The notes under the pieces are model-generated. The model did not search any database. It saw nothing but the letters and a program-made list of their open reading frames with translations, and was not told the DNA's origin. Positions 27,924-37,534 of a stretch of DNA of 64,000 nt are shown here, piece after piece. The DNA comes from an uncultured Methanosarcinales archaeon (GTDB taxonomy: Archaea > Nanobdellota > Nanobdellia > Woesearchaeales > GW2011-AR4): the NCBI GenBank assembly GCA_964469645.1, contig CAYXZV010000003.1, positions 8,538-72,537 on the forward strand, given 5' to 3'. The position numbers were made by a program, and so were the translations under genes. Every line of letters starts with the position of its first letter. Position 1 is the first letter of the stretch.

Positions 27924-29462
27924 CTATCTAAGTAACCTTTTTATGACAGTTAATTCTATTCCTATTTTTCTTTCAACGGCTTCTAATACTACCAAATCTT
28001 CTTCTGAAAAGGACTTGAACACAACAAGTAAAATAAGATACAACACCATGAACATCAAAATTCCTGCAATGAAAAAATATGTGCTAAATAAATCCAATAA
28101 TCCAAATGTATAAAAAACTACTATGAATGAAATAATTCCTGAAGATAAATACTTTAGATAAAGTAGACGGTTATAACCAAATTTAAGAATTCTCTTGAAT
28201 ACAAAAAGTTTTGTTAAACTTAGTATTATCAGAGAAAGGGTTGTAGCAATAGCTGCACCAACTATACCATAAAGAGGAATTAATATTATGTTAAGAATGA
28301 TGTTTCCAACTAATGCGAATGTAGTTGAAATTCCCAAAAATTTTGTTTTTTTGAACGTTCTTAATCCTTGCTCTGACAATCCGAATAAAGTTGCAAAAAA
28401 GTAGCCCATAATCAGTATTACAAGAGGTACAGAAGCCTCTAGATAATTTTGCCCAAAAGTGATAGAAAGGGTTCTGGTTGGAAATGCTAATACAAATATA
28501 AAAATTGGCAATACTAAAATGAATATCCAACGAGAAGCTACTTCAAAAATTTTTCTTATTGATGCTTTTGCCCTTTTCGCATACAATTCAGATATTATGG
28601 GGTAAAATATATCACCAAACGATAGCCAGAATATCATAAGAGCTGAAGCTATTATGAATGCTGCATTATATATTCCTACATCTACTTCAGACTTAAAAAT
28701 TCCTATAAATATAGTATCAGTCCATACTAGAGCCGCTCCAAGAAATCCAGTTATCATCAATGGAAATGAAAAAGAAATAAGTTGCTTAAAATTAAATTTA
28801 GGCTTTAATTCCTTTTTTAGAATATTTTTTAATTTAGACTTTAGAAGAAGAGTTGCTGCTACTGAAGATATAATTAAGGAAATTACATAAGCCCAACTAA
28901 GCGTAAACAAAGATGCAGAAACATAGATAACAAGAATGATAAAGATAAGATTAAGCATCTTCTCAAAGACACTTTCTGATATTATCACATATTCTGGTTT
29001 CTTAAATGCATAAAAATAATATTTTAATAACTGGGTAAGAACACTGAAGGGTATTCCTATTGAGAATATCTTGATGATAGTATCAAGGCCTTGTATTTTA
29101 AATAGATTATTCCCTATATATGCTGAAGAGCTATACAAGAATATTAGTATTATAATGCTAAACGCTATTGTTATAACGAAGCTAGAAATTAATATCCCTT
29201 TTACTTGATCATATTGTTTTTTAGCAAGATGATGATTTATGAATTTACCGATACTTTGGTGCATGCCTGCAAGGCCCAATAACCATGCAAAGTTTAGTAT
29301 AGTTATTCCCAAAGTAAGCAGTCCATAATCCCCAGGTCCTAAATAGCGGGCTGCTAATACCTTATAAAAAAGAACAGCAATAGAGGATAAAACAATACCT
29401 AGGAATATTATAAAACCTCCTTTGGCAACTTTCTTTATAGCATAATCTTCTAATTCATCCAT
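27924..29462 (-). CDS. Polysaccharide flippase (Wzx/MOP superfamily)
   Basis: 512 aa with about 14 TM segments and a Wzx-like hydrophobic pattern, inside the glycan cluster. Confidence 0.7.
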   Translation of the reverse strand: MDELEDYAIKKVAKGGFIIFLGIVLSSIAVLFYKVLAARYLGPGDYGLLTLGITILNFAWLLGLAGMHQSIGKFINHHLAKKQYDQVKGILISSFVITIAFSIIILIFLYSSSAYIGNNLFKIQGLDTIIKIFSIGIPFSVLTQLLKYYFYAFKKPEYVIISESVFEKMLNLIFIILVIYVSASLFTLSWAYVISLIISSVAATLLLKSKLKNILKKELKPKFNFKQLISFSFPLMITGFLGAALVWTDTIFIGIFKSEVDVGIYNAAFIIASALMIFWLSFGDIFYPIISELYAKRAKASIRKIFEVASRWIFILVLPIFIFVLAFPTRTLSITFGQNYLEASVPLVILIMGYFFATLFGLSEQGLRTFKKTKFLGISTTFALVGNIILNIILIPLYGIVGAAIATTLSLIILSLTKLFVFKRILKFGYNRLLYLKYLSSGIISFIVVFYTFGLLDLFSTYFFIAGILMFMVLYLILLVVFKSFSEEDLVVLEAVERKIGIELTVIKRLLR

Positions 29463-29513
29463 ATAATCAAAAAATTTATCAAATTTTAAATATTTATTTT
29501 ATTCGTGAAACGA

Positions 29514-30443
29514 TTAATTATTTTTGAACCATTCAACAGTTTTTGTAAGTCCTTCTTTCAAATCTACTTTAGGGTACCATTTGAGCTCTTTCTTTGCCTT
29601 ACTTATATCAGGACATCTTACACGAGGATCGTCTACAGGCAACTTTTTAGACACGATCTCACTCTTACTATTCGCAAGTTCTTTGATGATCTCTGCAAAC
29701 TCATTTATTGTATGTTCATCAGGATTTCCAAGATTCACAGGATCATTTATATTGGAAATCATCAACTTATACACCCCCTCTACCATATCGCTTATATAGC
29801 AAAAACTCCTTGTTTGTTTTCCGGCCCCATAGACTGTAATAGGCTTGTTGCTTAATGATTGGCTTATAAAATTTGGTACAACTCTTCCATCATCTTTCCT
29901 CATTCTTGGGCCATAAGTATTGAATATTCTGGCTATCCTTACATCCACTTTATGTATTGTATGGTAGGCCATAACAAGCGCTTCTGCAAATCTTTTCGCT
30001 TCATCATAACAGCCCCTGGGGCCAACAGGATTAACATTACCCCAATAGCTTTCCGGCTGTGGATTGACTAATGGATCTCCATAAACTTCAGATGTGGACG
30101 CTAAAACATACTTTGCTTTCTTAGCCAAAGCTAAACCTAGAGTGTTATGTGTCCCAAGACTCCCCACTTTCAGTGTCTGTATAGGGATTTTCTGGTAGTC
30201 TACAGGACTCGCAGGGCTTGCAAAATGCATGACATAATCTATATCTTCATCGATATCTATGTGCTTTGATACATCGTGATCAACCAATTTAAAGTTTTTA
30301 TTTCCTGTCAGATGTTCTACATTTTTCTTATTCCCAGTTATAAAATTATCAATGCAAATAACTTTAAACCCTTTTTTTATGAGGAACTCACATAAATGGC
30401 TTCCAATAAAGCCTGCCCCTCCAGTTATAAGTACGGTCTTCAT
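29514..30443 (-). CDS. uxs: UDP-glucuronate decarboxylase (UDP-xylose synthase)
   Basis: [45 protein letters not shown] and 309 aa match UXS1-type enzymes. Confidence 0.8.
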   Translation of the reverse strand: MKTVLITGGAGFIGSHLCEFLIKKGFKVICIDNFITGNKKNVEHLTGNKNFKLVDHDVSKHIDIDEDIDYVMHFASPASPVDYQKIPIQTLKVGSLGTHNTLGLALAKKAKYVLASTSEVYGDPLVNPQPESYWGNVNPVGPRGCYDEAKRFAEALVMAYHTIHKVDVRIARIFNTYGPRMRKDDGRVVPNFISQSLSNKPITVYGAGKQTRSFCYISDMVEGVYKLMISNINDPVNLGNPDEHTINEFAEIIKELANSKSEIVSKKLPVDDPRVRCPDISKAKKELKWYPKVDLKEGLTKTVEWFKNN

Positions 30444-30444
30444 A

Positions 30445-31176
30445 TTATCCTTTGAAATTCTTGTCTGCCTTTTCCAGCTGCTCTAAGCTCCCTACATCAT
30501 ACCATGTCTTATCAGTTATATGTGCATAAACCGTTTGCCTGGTATGTAGCCATGCTATGAAATCCCCGGTCTTATCTGCATTGTTTCCCTGATCTATATA
30601 TTTTTTGATTAAATCTAATGTTTTTCTTGGAAAAATGTATACTCCTGTTGAAATAAGTGTTGATTTTGGGCTTGAAGGTTTTTCCTCAAAACCAACAACA
30701 ACATTTTTCTCAGCTGAGACAACCCCATACTGCTTTGCCAGTTCGGAATCTTTTACATCATGCAGTACGACAAGATTAGACTCTGTTTTTTTGAATATAT
30801 CTGCAACGTCCTTCAACGAAAATTCGAAAAGATTGTCTCCCGCTATAACAATTAGGTCATCATCTATGTTTTTTGTGTTTATTGCATAGTTGACATCGCC
30901 CAAAGCCCCTAGCCTATCTTCATTGCTTTTGGTTCCATCATTTATTACTTCTATTGCTTTTTTGGCATCAAAATTATGAAGCCAATCCAAAAAATCTTGT
31001 GAAAATTTATCGTTTGTAACAATGTAGATGTTATCAACATGATCCAGCTCTTCCACCTTGGAGATTATATGCTCTACCATCACCTTTCCGGCAACTTTAA
31101 GCAAAGGTTTTGGTGTGTTTTTTGTCAATGGGTACAGTCTTGTAGCATAACCTGCTGCCAGTATGATACATTTCAT
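30445..31176 (-). CDS. Sugar-1-phosphate nucleotidyltransferase (short RmlA/GalU-like)
   Basis: [31 protein letters not shown] is the G-x-G-T-R-L nucleotidyltransferase motif. 243 aa. Confidence 0.7.
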   Translation of the reverse strand: MKCIILAAGYATRLYPLTKNTPKPLLKVAGKVMVEHIISKVEELDHVDNIYIVTNDKFSQDFLDWLHNFDAKKAIEVINDGTKSNEDRLGALGDVNYAINTKNIDDDLIVIAGDNLFEFSLKDVADIFKKTESNLVVLHDVKDSELAKQYGVVSAEKNVVVGFEEKPSSPKSTLISTGVYIFPRKTLDLIKKYIDQGNNADKTGDFIAWLHTRQTVYAHITDKTWYDVGSLEQLEKADKNFKG

Positions 31177-32478
31177 CTACACCACATCTTTCCTTCCCAC
31201 ACTTATATAAGTAAATCCTTCTTTTTTAAGATCTTCGGGATCATAGATATTTCTTCCATCAATAATCACTGGGCTTGTTAACAATGATTTGATTTTTTTA
31301 ATGTCCAGTTCCTTAAACTCTTTCCATTCAGTCAGTATAAGAAGAACGTCTGCATCTTTTGAAACTTCATAAGGGTCATTGCAGAATTCTATATCATCAA
31401 GAATTTCTTTTGCCTTTTCCATTGCCTCGGGATCATAAGCCTTTATTTTTCCTCCTTCTTTCTGCAGCTCTTTGATTATATAAACACTGGGAGCAAATCT
31501 CATATCATCTGTATTTGGTTTAAAGGCCAATCCGAGAATTCCAATAGTTTTTCCGTTAATGTTTTTCAGGGTTTTTTTTACTTTGTCCATGAAGTTTCTC
31601 TTTTGTTCTTCATTAATCTCATTAGTTGCTTTTAGAAGCTTGTAATCATAGCCATATTTCTCGGCTATCTTAATGAATGCCTGGGAATCTTTTGGAAAGC
31701 ATGAACCCCCATAACCTATACCTGCATTCAGAAATCCTTTTGCTATCCTTTTATCGTAACCCATCCCCTCTGCTACTTTTCCTACATCAGCTCCGGATAT
31801 ATCACATATCCTGGCTACAGAATTGATAAAAGAGATTTTAGTTGCTAAAAATGCGTTGGATGCGTGTTTGATGAGTTCTGCGCTTCTTATATCTGTAATT
31901 ATCAATGGTGCCTTCATAGGGCTATAAATGCTCTTCATGACTTCTATCGCTTTTTTACTGTCTGCCCCGATAACAACCCTATCCGGATCCAGTGTATCTT
32001 TTATTGCAGTGCCTTCCCTCAAAAATTCTGGATTGCTTACAACATCAAAATCAACATCCTCCTTTACATTTTCCAGGATTATTTTTTTAACATCATCTCC
32101 TGTCTCGACAGGAACAGTGCTCTTGTGCACAATAACCTTATAGGATGTCATGTTTTGTGCTATCTCTCTTGCAACATTCTCAACATATTTTAGTTCAACC
32201 TCCCAATTATCCTTCGGAGGGGTTCCAACACAGATAAAAATAACATCACCATGGTTAATGACTTCCTTATTGTCGCAAGTAAACTTCAATCTCTTTTCTT
32301 TCAAATTCCTATCAACTATTTCTTTAAGTCCTGGCTCGAATATTGGCATTATTCCATTATTGAGGTTATCTATCTTTTCCTTATCTATATCTGCAGCAAT
32401 GACATCATTTCCCAACTCTGCAAGTACAGCTGCTGTCGCTAATCCCACATATCCAACCCCAATTACCGAAATCTTCAT
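31177..32478 (-). CDS. ugd: UDP-glucose 6-dehydrogenase
   Basis: MKISVIGVGYVGLATAAVLAELGNDVIAADID...GGSCFPKD (catalytic Cys block). 433 aa. Confidence 0.85.
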   Translation of the reverse strand: MKISVIGVGYVGLATAAVLAELGNDVIAADIDKEKIDNLNNGIMPIFEPGLKEIVDRNLKEKRLKFTCDNKEVINHGDVIFICVGTPPKDNWEVELKYVENVAREIAQNMTSYKVIVHKSTVPVETGDDVKKIILENVKEDVDFDVVSNPEFLREGTAIKDTLDPDRVVIGADSKKAIEVMKSIYSPMKAPLIITDIRSAELIKHASNAFLATKISFINSVARICDISGADVGKVAEGMGYDKRIAKGFLNAGIGYGGSCFPKDSQAFIKIAEKYGYDYKLLKATNEINEEQKRNFMDKVKKTLKNINGKTIGILGLAFKPNTDDMRFAPSVYIIKELQKEGGKIKAYDPEAMEKAKEILDDIEFCNDPYEVSKDADVLLILTEWKEFKELDIKKIKSLLTSPVIIDGRNIYDPEDLKKEGFTYISVGRKDVV

Positions 32479-32496
32479 TTTATATTCTGGAAAGAA

Positions 32497-32517
32497 ATTG
32501 GTTTTAAAAAGGTTACC
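32497..32517 (-). promoter_or_regulatory. BRE/TATA element (GTAACCTTTTTAAAACCAAT on minus strand), about 27 nt upstream of the ugd start codon
   Basis: Exact copy of the element in front of the 5S rRNA (32676-32696). It implies a leaderless ugd transcript. Confidence 0.55.
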
Positions 32518-32545
32518 ATAAATAGTATGTTTCAGAATAAAAAAA

Positions 32546-32661
32546 GGTGGACAGCTTTCCTAGTTTCCCATGCAAAAGCACAGTACACCTAGAAACGGAA
32601 GCTCATTTAACTTCGGAGTTCGGAATGGGATCCGGTGAACCAAGCCCCTATGGCCGTCCAA
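32546..32661 (-). rRNA. rrf: 5S ribosomal RNA (about 111-116 nt), stand-alone
   Basis: The minus-strand sequence GGACGGCCATAGGGGCTTGGTTCACCGGATCCCATTCCGAACTCCGAAGTTAAATGAGCTTCCGTTTCTAGGTGTACTGTGCTTTTGCATGGGAAACTAGGAAAGCTGTCC has the 5S loop C core (CCCAUUCCGAAC-CGGAAGUUAAG-like). The 5' GGACGGC pairs with the 3' GCUGUCC as helix I. It is followed by a T7 tract, an archaeal terminator. The upstream TATA is centred about 26 nt from the 5' end. Confidence 0.8.
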
Positions 32662-32675
32662 GAATAAGTAATATT

Positions 32676-32696
32676 ATTGGTTTTAAAAAGGTTACG
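32676..32696 (-). promoter_or_regulatory. 5S rRNA promoter (GTAACCTTTTTAAAACCAAT on minus strand)
   Basis: TATA centre is about 26 nt upstream of the inferred 5S 5' end at about 32659. Confidence 0.55.
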
Positions 32697-32745
32697 GTCT
32701 CAACTCAATGGAAATGTTTTTAATAAAGAATGTAATACTACCAAC

Positions 32746-32994
32746 ATGACTCAAGATTTAACTCATGCGTTAAACATACTCACAACTCTTAGAAAAGCAA
32801 ATTTGAGTACTTCTACAATTGAGAAAGTAATTGAGGGTTTACCAATGGGAACACAAGAAAAACGTAACATGTCAATTATTAATACTGGTTGTAGACCGCC
32901 ACATAAATCAGATTATTTCCAAAAAACTGACTTAATTGATTTATACCTTACAAATCCACATGAAGTTCAATTAGATAGGATTAACTATAATTAA
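32746..32994 (+). CDS. Hypothetical small protein (weak call)
   Basis: The track ORF 32677-32994 overlaps the 5S promoter; the internal ATG 32746 (MTQDLTHALNIL...) is more plausible. No recognisable domain. Confidence 0.2.
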   Translation: MTQDLTHALNILTTLRKANLSTSTIEKVIEGLPMGTQEKRNMSIINTGCRPPHKSDYFQKTDLIDLYLTNPHEVQLDRINYN

Positions 32995-34124
32995 TCTATC
33001 TCAACAACAACCTTTTTCTCCTTAACATCAACATCCTTGACAACTTTATGCCCCTTCAACTTATCCTTAATCTCTTTCCAGGAATATTTTTTGCTTGCTT
33101 TATTTATCTCATCCAGGATTTCTTTAATCAGCTGATAATTATGGTAGATCAGCTCACCTTTCTCTTTACTTTCAGTTTCTTTTACTTTTAATCCTTTTAA
33201 TGTAGTTTCCTGTTCTCCTATAATCCACTTAAGCTCTTTAATTTTTTTAGTATAAGGGTTGTCTTTTTTCTTGGTTAGCTTCGACTCATAAGTAGAATAC
33301 TCCTGTAACGCTTCGCTGTAGCTCGCAAATTCTTTTTTTTCAAAGTTTTTGTACAATTCCAAATCTATCGGAACAGCATCTATAGGTTCTTTGTCTTTAT
33401 AGATTATTTGAGAATTTATTTTTTTATTGATTAGTTTTTTTATTGAGGAGATTATTTTTGGAATTTCTTTATTATTGATTTCTTTCGGTAATGTACTTTT
33501 CTCAATATCGCTCAACAAGCAAACCTCCTCGGAATAAACCCCCCCTAAACCCAGTTCTGTAGCAAAACTAGTTACAATCTTATCTTTTTTTGAGTTTTTT
33601 AACAAATCTGAAAGTTGATTCTTATTTATATCAAAAAGATTATATTCCATATTGGGATATTCATATTTCTCTTTTGGCAAAACAGAACGATCTTTGAACT
33701 TATGTCTGATTAGGCAGTCTAAAATGACACCATCATTGCATAAAATTACATTACCTTTTCCAAAAAACTCGAGATAAATCTGCCTCTCTTCACTCTTTGA
33801 CTTAAAAATTATTTTCAATATCCTTTCAGGTTCTATCTGATCAATAGAATCAAGGAATTTGCCCTCAAGATTCTTCCTAAGCAGCATGCAGAATCCTGAA
33901 GGAGTATCATCTGCAGACTTTTCTCCACTCAAAAAAATGCTTTTCCCAAGAATGATCTTCAATATTTTCTTGCCAACATTGCTTTTATGGACTTGTAAAT
34001 AAATTTCCTCCTTGCCGCTGTTATAAATTCTGTCAACTCTTGAATTTTTCACTATTTCGAGTTCTTTTGCCAAAAAGCTCAGTTCAAGTGAAGATAACTG
34101 TTTCATAGTCCAATCTCCTTGCAC
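32991..34124 (-). CDS. NFACT-N (FbpA/Tae2/RqcH N-terminal-like) domain protein
   Basis: N-terminus LSSLELSFLAKELEIVKNSRVDRIYNSGKEEIYLQVHK resembles the NFACT-N domain of archaeal RqcH/NEMF homologs. 377 aa is shorter than full-length NEMF. Confidence 0.5.
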   Translation of the reverse strand: MQGDWTMKQLSSLELSFLAKELEIVKNSRVDRIYNSGKEEIYLQVHKSNVGKKILKIILGKSIFLSGEKSADDTPSGFCMLLRKNLEGKFLDSIDQIEPERILKIIFKSKSEERQIYLEFFGKGNVILCNDGVILDCLIRHKFKDRSVLPKEKYEYPNMEYNLFDINKNQLSDLLKNSKKDKIVTSFATELGLGGVYSEEVCLLSDIEKSTLPKEINNKEIPKIISSIKKLINKKINSQIIYKDKEPIDAVPIDLELYKNFEKKEFASYSEALQEYSTYESKLTKKKDNPYTKKIKELKWIIGEQETTLKGLKVKETESKEKGELIYHNYQLIKEILDEINKASKKYSWKEIKDKLKGHKVVKDVDVKEKKVVVEID

Positions 34125-34588
34125 ACTCTACCAATATTTATGCCTTTTGTCGTATCCACAACAATGACCCTATGTCCTTTCTCTTTGCTTTCATTTAAGC
34201 AAACATCAAATATCTCCGAGTCTAGGTTTTCTCTAACTTTATCCTTGGAATATTTTTTATTTTTTAGCCTTTTTTCCAGTTCCTTTAAGTCGCATTTAAC
34301 AACTATACAGACATCCACATGCCTCTTTGGAAGATAATGTGAAAGATGGGAGTCTATTATCATCCCATTTTCCGCTTTATGATCGTGTATTTCCTTTATT
34401 AGTGCAACATTCAGTTTTCTGACATCAATAATCTTAGTTTTTCTCTTTTCATCATAACCTTCAGAGATGTCATATTTTCTCACTATTTCGTTTACATCCA
34501 AATAATGGAAATGTAGCTTTTTAGCTAACTTTTTTGCTAATGTACTCTTTCCAGTTCCTGGAGTTCCAGTAACAATTATTGTTCTCAT
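34103..34588 (-). CDS. Putative adenylate kinase / NTPase of the AK6/Fap7 family
   Basis: MRTIIVTGTPGTGKSTLAKKLAKKLHFHYLDVNEIV; 161 aa. Typical archaeal Fap7-like P-loop kinase. Confidence 0.65.
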   Translation of the reverse strand: MRTIIVTGTPGTGKSTLAKKLAKKLHFHYLDVNEIVRKYDISEGYDEKRKTKIIDVRKLNVALIKEIHDHKAENGMIIDSHLSHYLPKRHVDVCIVVKCDLKELEKRLKNKKYSKDKVRENLDSEIFDVCLNESKEKGHRVIVVDTTKGINIGRVCKEIGL

Positions 34589-34682
34589 ATGATATTATCA
34601 ACAAACCTCCTTTTTTAAACATTCTTCTATTTTGACAGTAAAAAGAAAAATATTTTAAATTGAATAAGATTAATTTCAGTAT

Positions 34683-35084
34683 ATGCAGGAGACAATTACC
34701 ATCTCAACCTCAAAAAAACAGGAATTGATAGACCTTACCGATAAAGTTAATTCTATTGTAAAGGAATCAAAAGTAAAGGAAGGAATATGCACCATTTATG
34801 CAATGCACGCAACCGCAGCTATAATAATTAATGAGAATGCTGATCCAAACATATGCCTTGATTTATTAGAAGCTCTGAACAATCTTATACCGACAGGAAA
34901 GTGGCGCCATGACAAGTTAGATGGAAATGCTGATGCCCATATAAAGTCATCCATATTAGGACCTCAAGAGACCATACCTATAAAAAATAATGAATTGCAA
35001 CTGGGAACATGGCAGAGCCCAATGCTTGTAGAGCTGGATGGGCCAAGAAAAAGAAATATAATTGTCCAGGTTATTGGTGATTAA
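34683..35084 (+). CDS. YjbQ/UPF0047 family protein (secondary thiamine-phosphate synthase-like)
   Basis: GICTIYAMHATAAIIINENADPNICLD...RHDKLDGNADAHIKSSILG is conserved across the YjbQ family. Confidence 0.75.
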   Translation: MQETITISTSKKQELIDLTDKVNSIVKESKVKEGICTIYAMHATAAIIINENADPNICLDLLEALNNLIPTGKWRHDKLDGNADAHIKSSILGPQETIPIKNNELQLGTWQSPMLVELDGPRKRNIIVQVIGD

Positions 35085-35540
35085 ATGAAATGTGATATGT
35101 GCAGTGCTACGGGAAAATTATACAAGACAATAGTAGAAGGAGCAGAGCTTAGTTTATGCCATGAATGCAGCAAATTCGGAAAGGTAGTAGGGATTATAGA
35201 GCAAAAGACAGATAATATCCCTGCTACTGTTGGAATTAAACAACCTCAAGAAGAGATAATTGAAATTGTGGTTGATGATTATGCTGAAAAAATAAGGAAA
35301 AAAAGAGAAAGCTCGGGTTTAAACCAGAAAGAGTTTGCAAGAAAGATAAATGAAAAGGAATCGATAGTGCAAAAAATGGAATCGGGACATTTTGAACCTT
35401 CATTGCAGCTTGCAAAAAAAATAGGGAATCTCCTTAAGATAAGGTTGACAGAAGAGCATAAGGAAGAGCACGAAAAGCAAGAACGTTCAAAAACAGGTTC
35501 TCTTACAATAGGGGATCTTATAAAGATAAAGAAGAAATAA
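35085..35540 (+). CDS. Archaeal MBF1-like transcription factor (zinc ribbon + XRE-type HTH)
   Basis: N-terminal CDMC...CHEC zinc ribbon, then HTH region SSGLNQKEFARKINEKESIVQKMESG. Confidence 0.7.
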   Translation: MKCDMCSATGKLYKTIVEGAELSLCHECSKFGKVVGIIEQKTDNIPATVGIKQPQEEIIEIVVDDYAEKIRKKRESSGLNQKEFARKINEKESIVQKMESGHFEPSLQLAKKIGNLLKIRLTEEHKEEHEKQERSKTGSLTIGDLIKIKKK

Positions 35541-35583
35541 TATAAACCTTTATAAACGCAAATAACAATAAATAACAATTAAA

Positions 35584-36822
35584 ATGGAAGTAGGTTATGC
35601 AGCTCTGGTACATTTTGTATGGTTTTTGTCTACTTACTTCATCGTGGTTTTTCTGCTGATATTATTAAAAACTAAGAATAATCTCTATGATTCCCCTGTT
35701 CTTGATGATAATGAACAGCTGCCAAAAGTAAGCATAATTATTTCCGCTTACAATGAAGAGGAAAAGATTTCTGATTCTATAGAATCTCTAAAATCGATTG
35801 ATTACCCGAAAAAATTGTATGAAGTCATAGTTGTAAATGATGGCAGTGAAGATAAAACACGAGAAGTCATGCTCAAATATGCCCATGAAGATAATATTAC
35901 TTTTGTTGACAACAAAAAGAACAAAGGAAAAGCTGCCTGCCTCAATCAGGGAATAGAGATAGCAAAAGGTGACTACATTGCGTGCATGGATGCCGATTCA
36001 GTTGTTGCAGAAGATATATTAAAAAAGACAATCCCTTACTTTAAGGACAAAAAGATGGGGTCTGTCACAGTTTCCGTCCTTGTGAAGCAGACCAATAACT
36101 TTTTGCAGAAGATAATACAGATTGAATATATGCTTGGCCTTTCTCTTTTCTTAAGGGTATTTTCATCTTTCAACTGTGTTCACGTAACACCGGGACCGTT
36201 TTCTATCTATAGGAAGTCTCTTCTTGACAAAATCGGTTATTTTGATGTCAATAACATAACAGAAGACTTGGAAATAGCATATAGAATCCACAAATCAGGT
36301 TACAAGATAGCTAATTGTATGAATACTTGCGTCAAGACTATAACGCCTGGAAACTTAAAGTCGCTATACAGGCAGAGGAAAAGGTGGTATTCCGGAGCAA
36401 TAATGACCTTTTGGCAACACAAGGACATAATGCTGACAAAGAAAGCAGGATTGTTCGGTTATTTTGTGCCTTTTAACTATACCTTGATACTTTCTGGTTT
36501 GGGACTTTTCATATTATCCACATATCTTTTAGTATCCAACATAGCGAGAAATCTTTCTTTATACTCCTTTACAAATTATAATTTTTTCTCTAGTTTTCTG
36601 TTCGAATTTGATCTCTTAGGAACAAGCGTATTGTCTATTTTTGTTTTGTCTAGCATAGTCAGTGTAGTTATATTGATTACAGTAGGACTAAAAGCAATAA
36701 GAAATAATACTCGAAGGAGGATTTCAATTTATTTTGGGTATTTCCTGCTCTTTTTTATGTACCAGTTTTTCTGGCTCACATCCTTTTTTCTGGTATTGTT
36801 CAGGAGAAAAGTAAGGTGGTAG
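35584..36822 (+). CDS. Processive family-2 glycosyltransferase (cellulose/chitin/hyaluronan-synthase-like), polytopic
   Basis: N-terminal TM; GT2 core ISAYNEE...VVNDGSEDKT...MDADS (DxD); conserved YRQRKRWYSG (Q-x-x-R-W motif of processive beta-glycan synthases); C-terminal multi-TM region. Confidence 0.7.
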   Translation: MEVGYAALVHFVWFLSTYFIVVFLLILLKTKNNLYDSPVLDDNEQLPKVSIIISAYNEEEKISDSIESLKSIDYPKKLYEVIVVNDGSEDKTREVMLKYAHEDNITFVDNKKNKGKAACLNQGIEIAKGDYIACMDADSVVAEDILKKTIPYFKDKKMGSVTVSVLVKQTNNFLQKIIQIEYMLGLSLFLRVFSSFNCVHVTPGPFSIYRKSLLDKIGYFDVNNITEDLEIAYRIHKSGYKIANCMNTCVKTITPGNLKSLYRQRKRWYSGAIMTFWQHKDIMLTKKAGLFGYFVPFNYTLILSGLGLFILSTYLLVSNIARNLSLYSFTNYNFFSSFLFEFDLLGTSVLSIFVLSSIVSVVILITVGLKAIRNNTRRRISIYFGYFLLFFMYQFFWLTSFFLVLFRRKVRW

Positions 36823-37496
36823 CCAATAAAGGGGTTTTTGTTGTAGCAGCTATAATAACTATAGTACTGTTAATCTCAATTTACTCCTTTAACTTATTCC
36901 TAAATACTCAAAGGGAACGTGCCATTATAGAAAGGATGGAGCAGGTCCTTGACGAATACCAGGAACTACAGGCCTTATCTTTGATGTCCGAAGTCTTCGG
37001 AAAGGAAATGACATGCATCTCATTAGAAAAAAGGTTGGCGCATATGGACAAGACTTTATGGGATACAGGAATAAAGATTGACATGTACAGGGAAGCTACA
37101 GAGAAATTTATTACAGACCCCTTTTATCTAGATCAGAAGAAGAAATTCAACAGGAACGAAATTATTTACTTGTCTATGCTGGAGAATATGAAGCAATGGT
37201 GCACATTTAACCAGACAACTATCCTTTATTTTTACAAGAAAAAAGAGGATTGTGCTGAATGTGATGCACAGTCTTTTGTTTTGACTGACCTAAATAAGGA
37301 TATAGACCAGGAGATAGCTATTTTTTCTTTTGACTCTAATTTAAAGCTCCCATCTGTAGATACTCTTGAATTATTCTATGGAATTGACTCTTTTCCATGT
37401 ATTGTGGTGGAAAACAAGACTTATTGTGGGCTGCATGACAAAGATGCGTTGATTGATTTGATTTGTGAACATGATGATATTTCGCTGTGTTCTTAA
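36816..37496 (+). CDS. Membrane-anchored protein with a CxxC motif (possible thioredoxin-like fold)
   Basis: GTG start overlapping the GT2 stop. N-terminal TM. DCAECDAQSFVL (CxxC) and a later FPCIVV (cis-Pro-like) suggest a thioredoxin-like domain. Weak. Confidence 0.3.
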   Translation: MVANKGVFVVAAIITIVLLISIYSFNLFLNTQRERAIIERMEQVLDEYQELQALSLMSEVFGKEMTCISLEKRLAHMDKTLWDTGIKIDMYREATEKFITDPFYLDQKKKFNRNEIIYLSMLENMKQWCTFNQTTILYFYKKKEDCAECDAQSFVLTDLNKDIDQEIAIFSFDSNLKLPSVDTLELFYGIDSFPCIVVENKTYCGLHDKDALIDLICEHDDISLCS

Positions 37497-37534
37497 GAAA
37501 GAGTTAAAAAAAGAGCAGTATTCCAGACTATAAT

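Noticed and set aside
32677-32745. 5' part of the 105-aa ORF 32677-32994
   Set aside because: It overlaps the 5S rRNA promoter and TATA element on the opposite strand. If the ORF is coding at all, an internal ATG at 32746 is more plausible.
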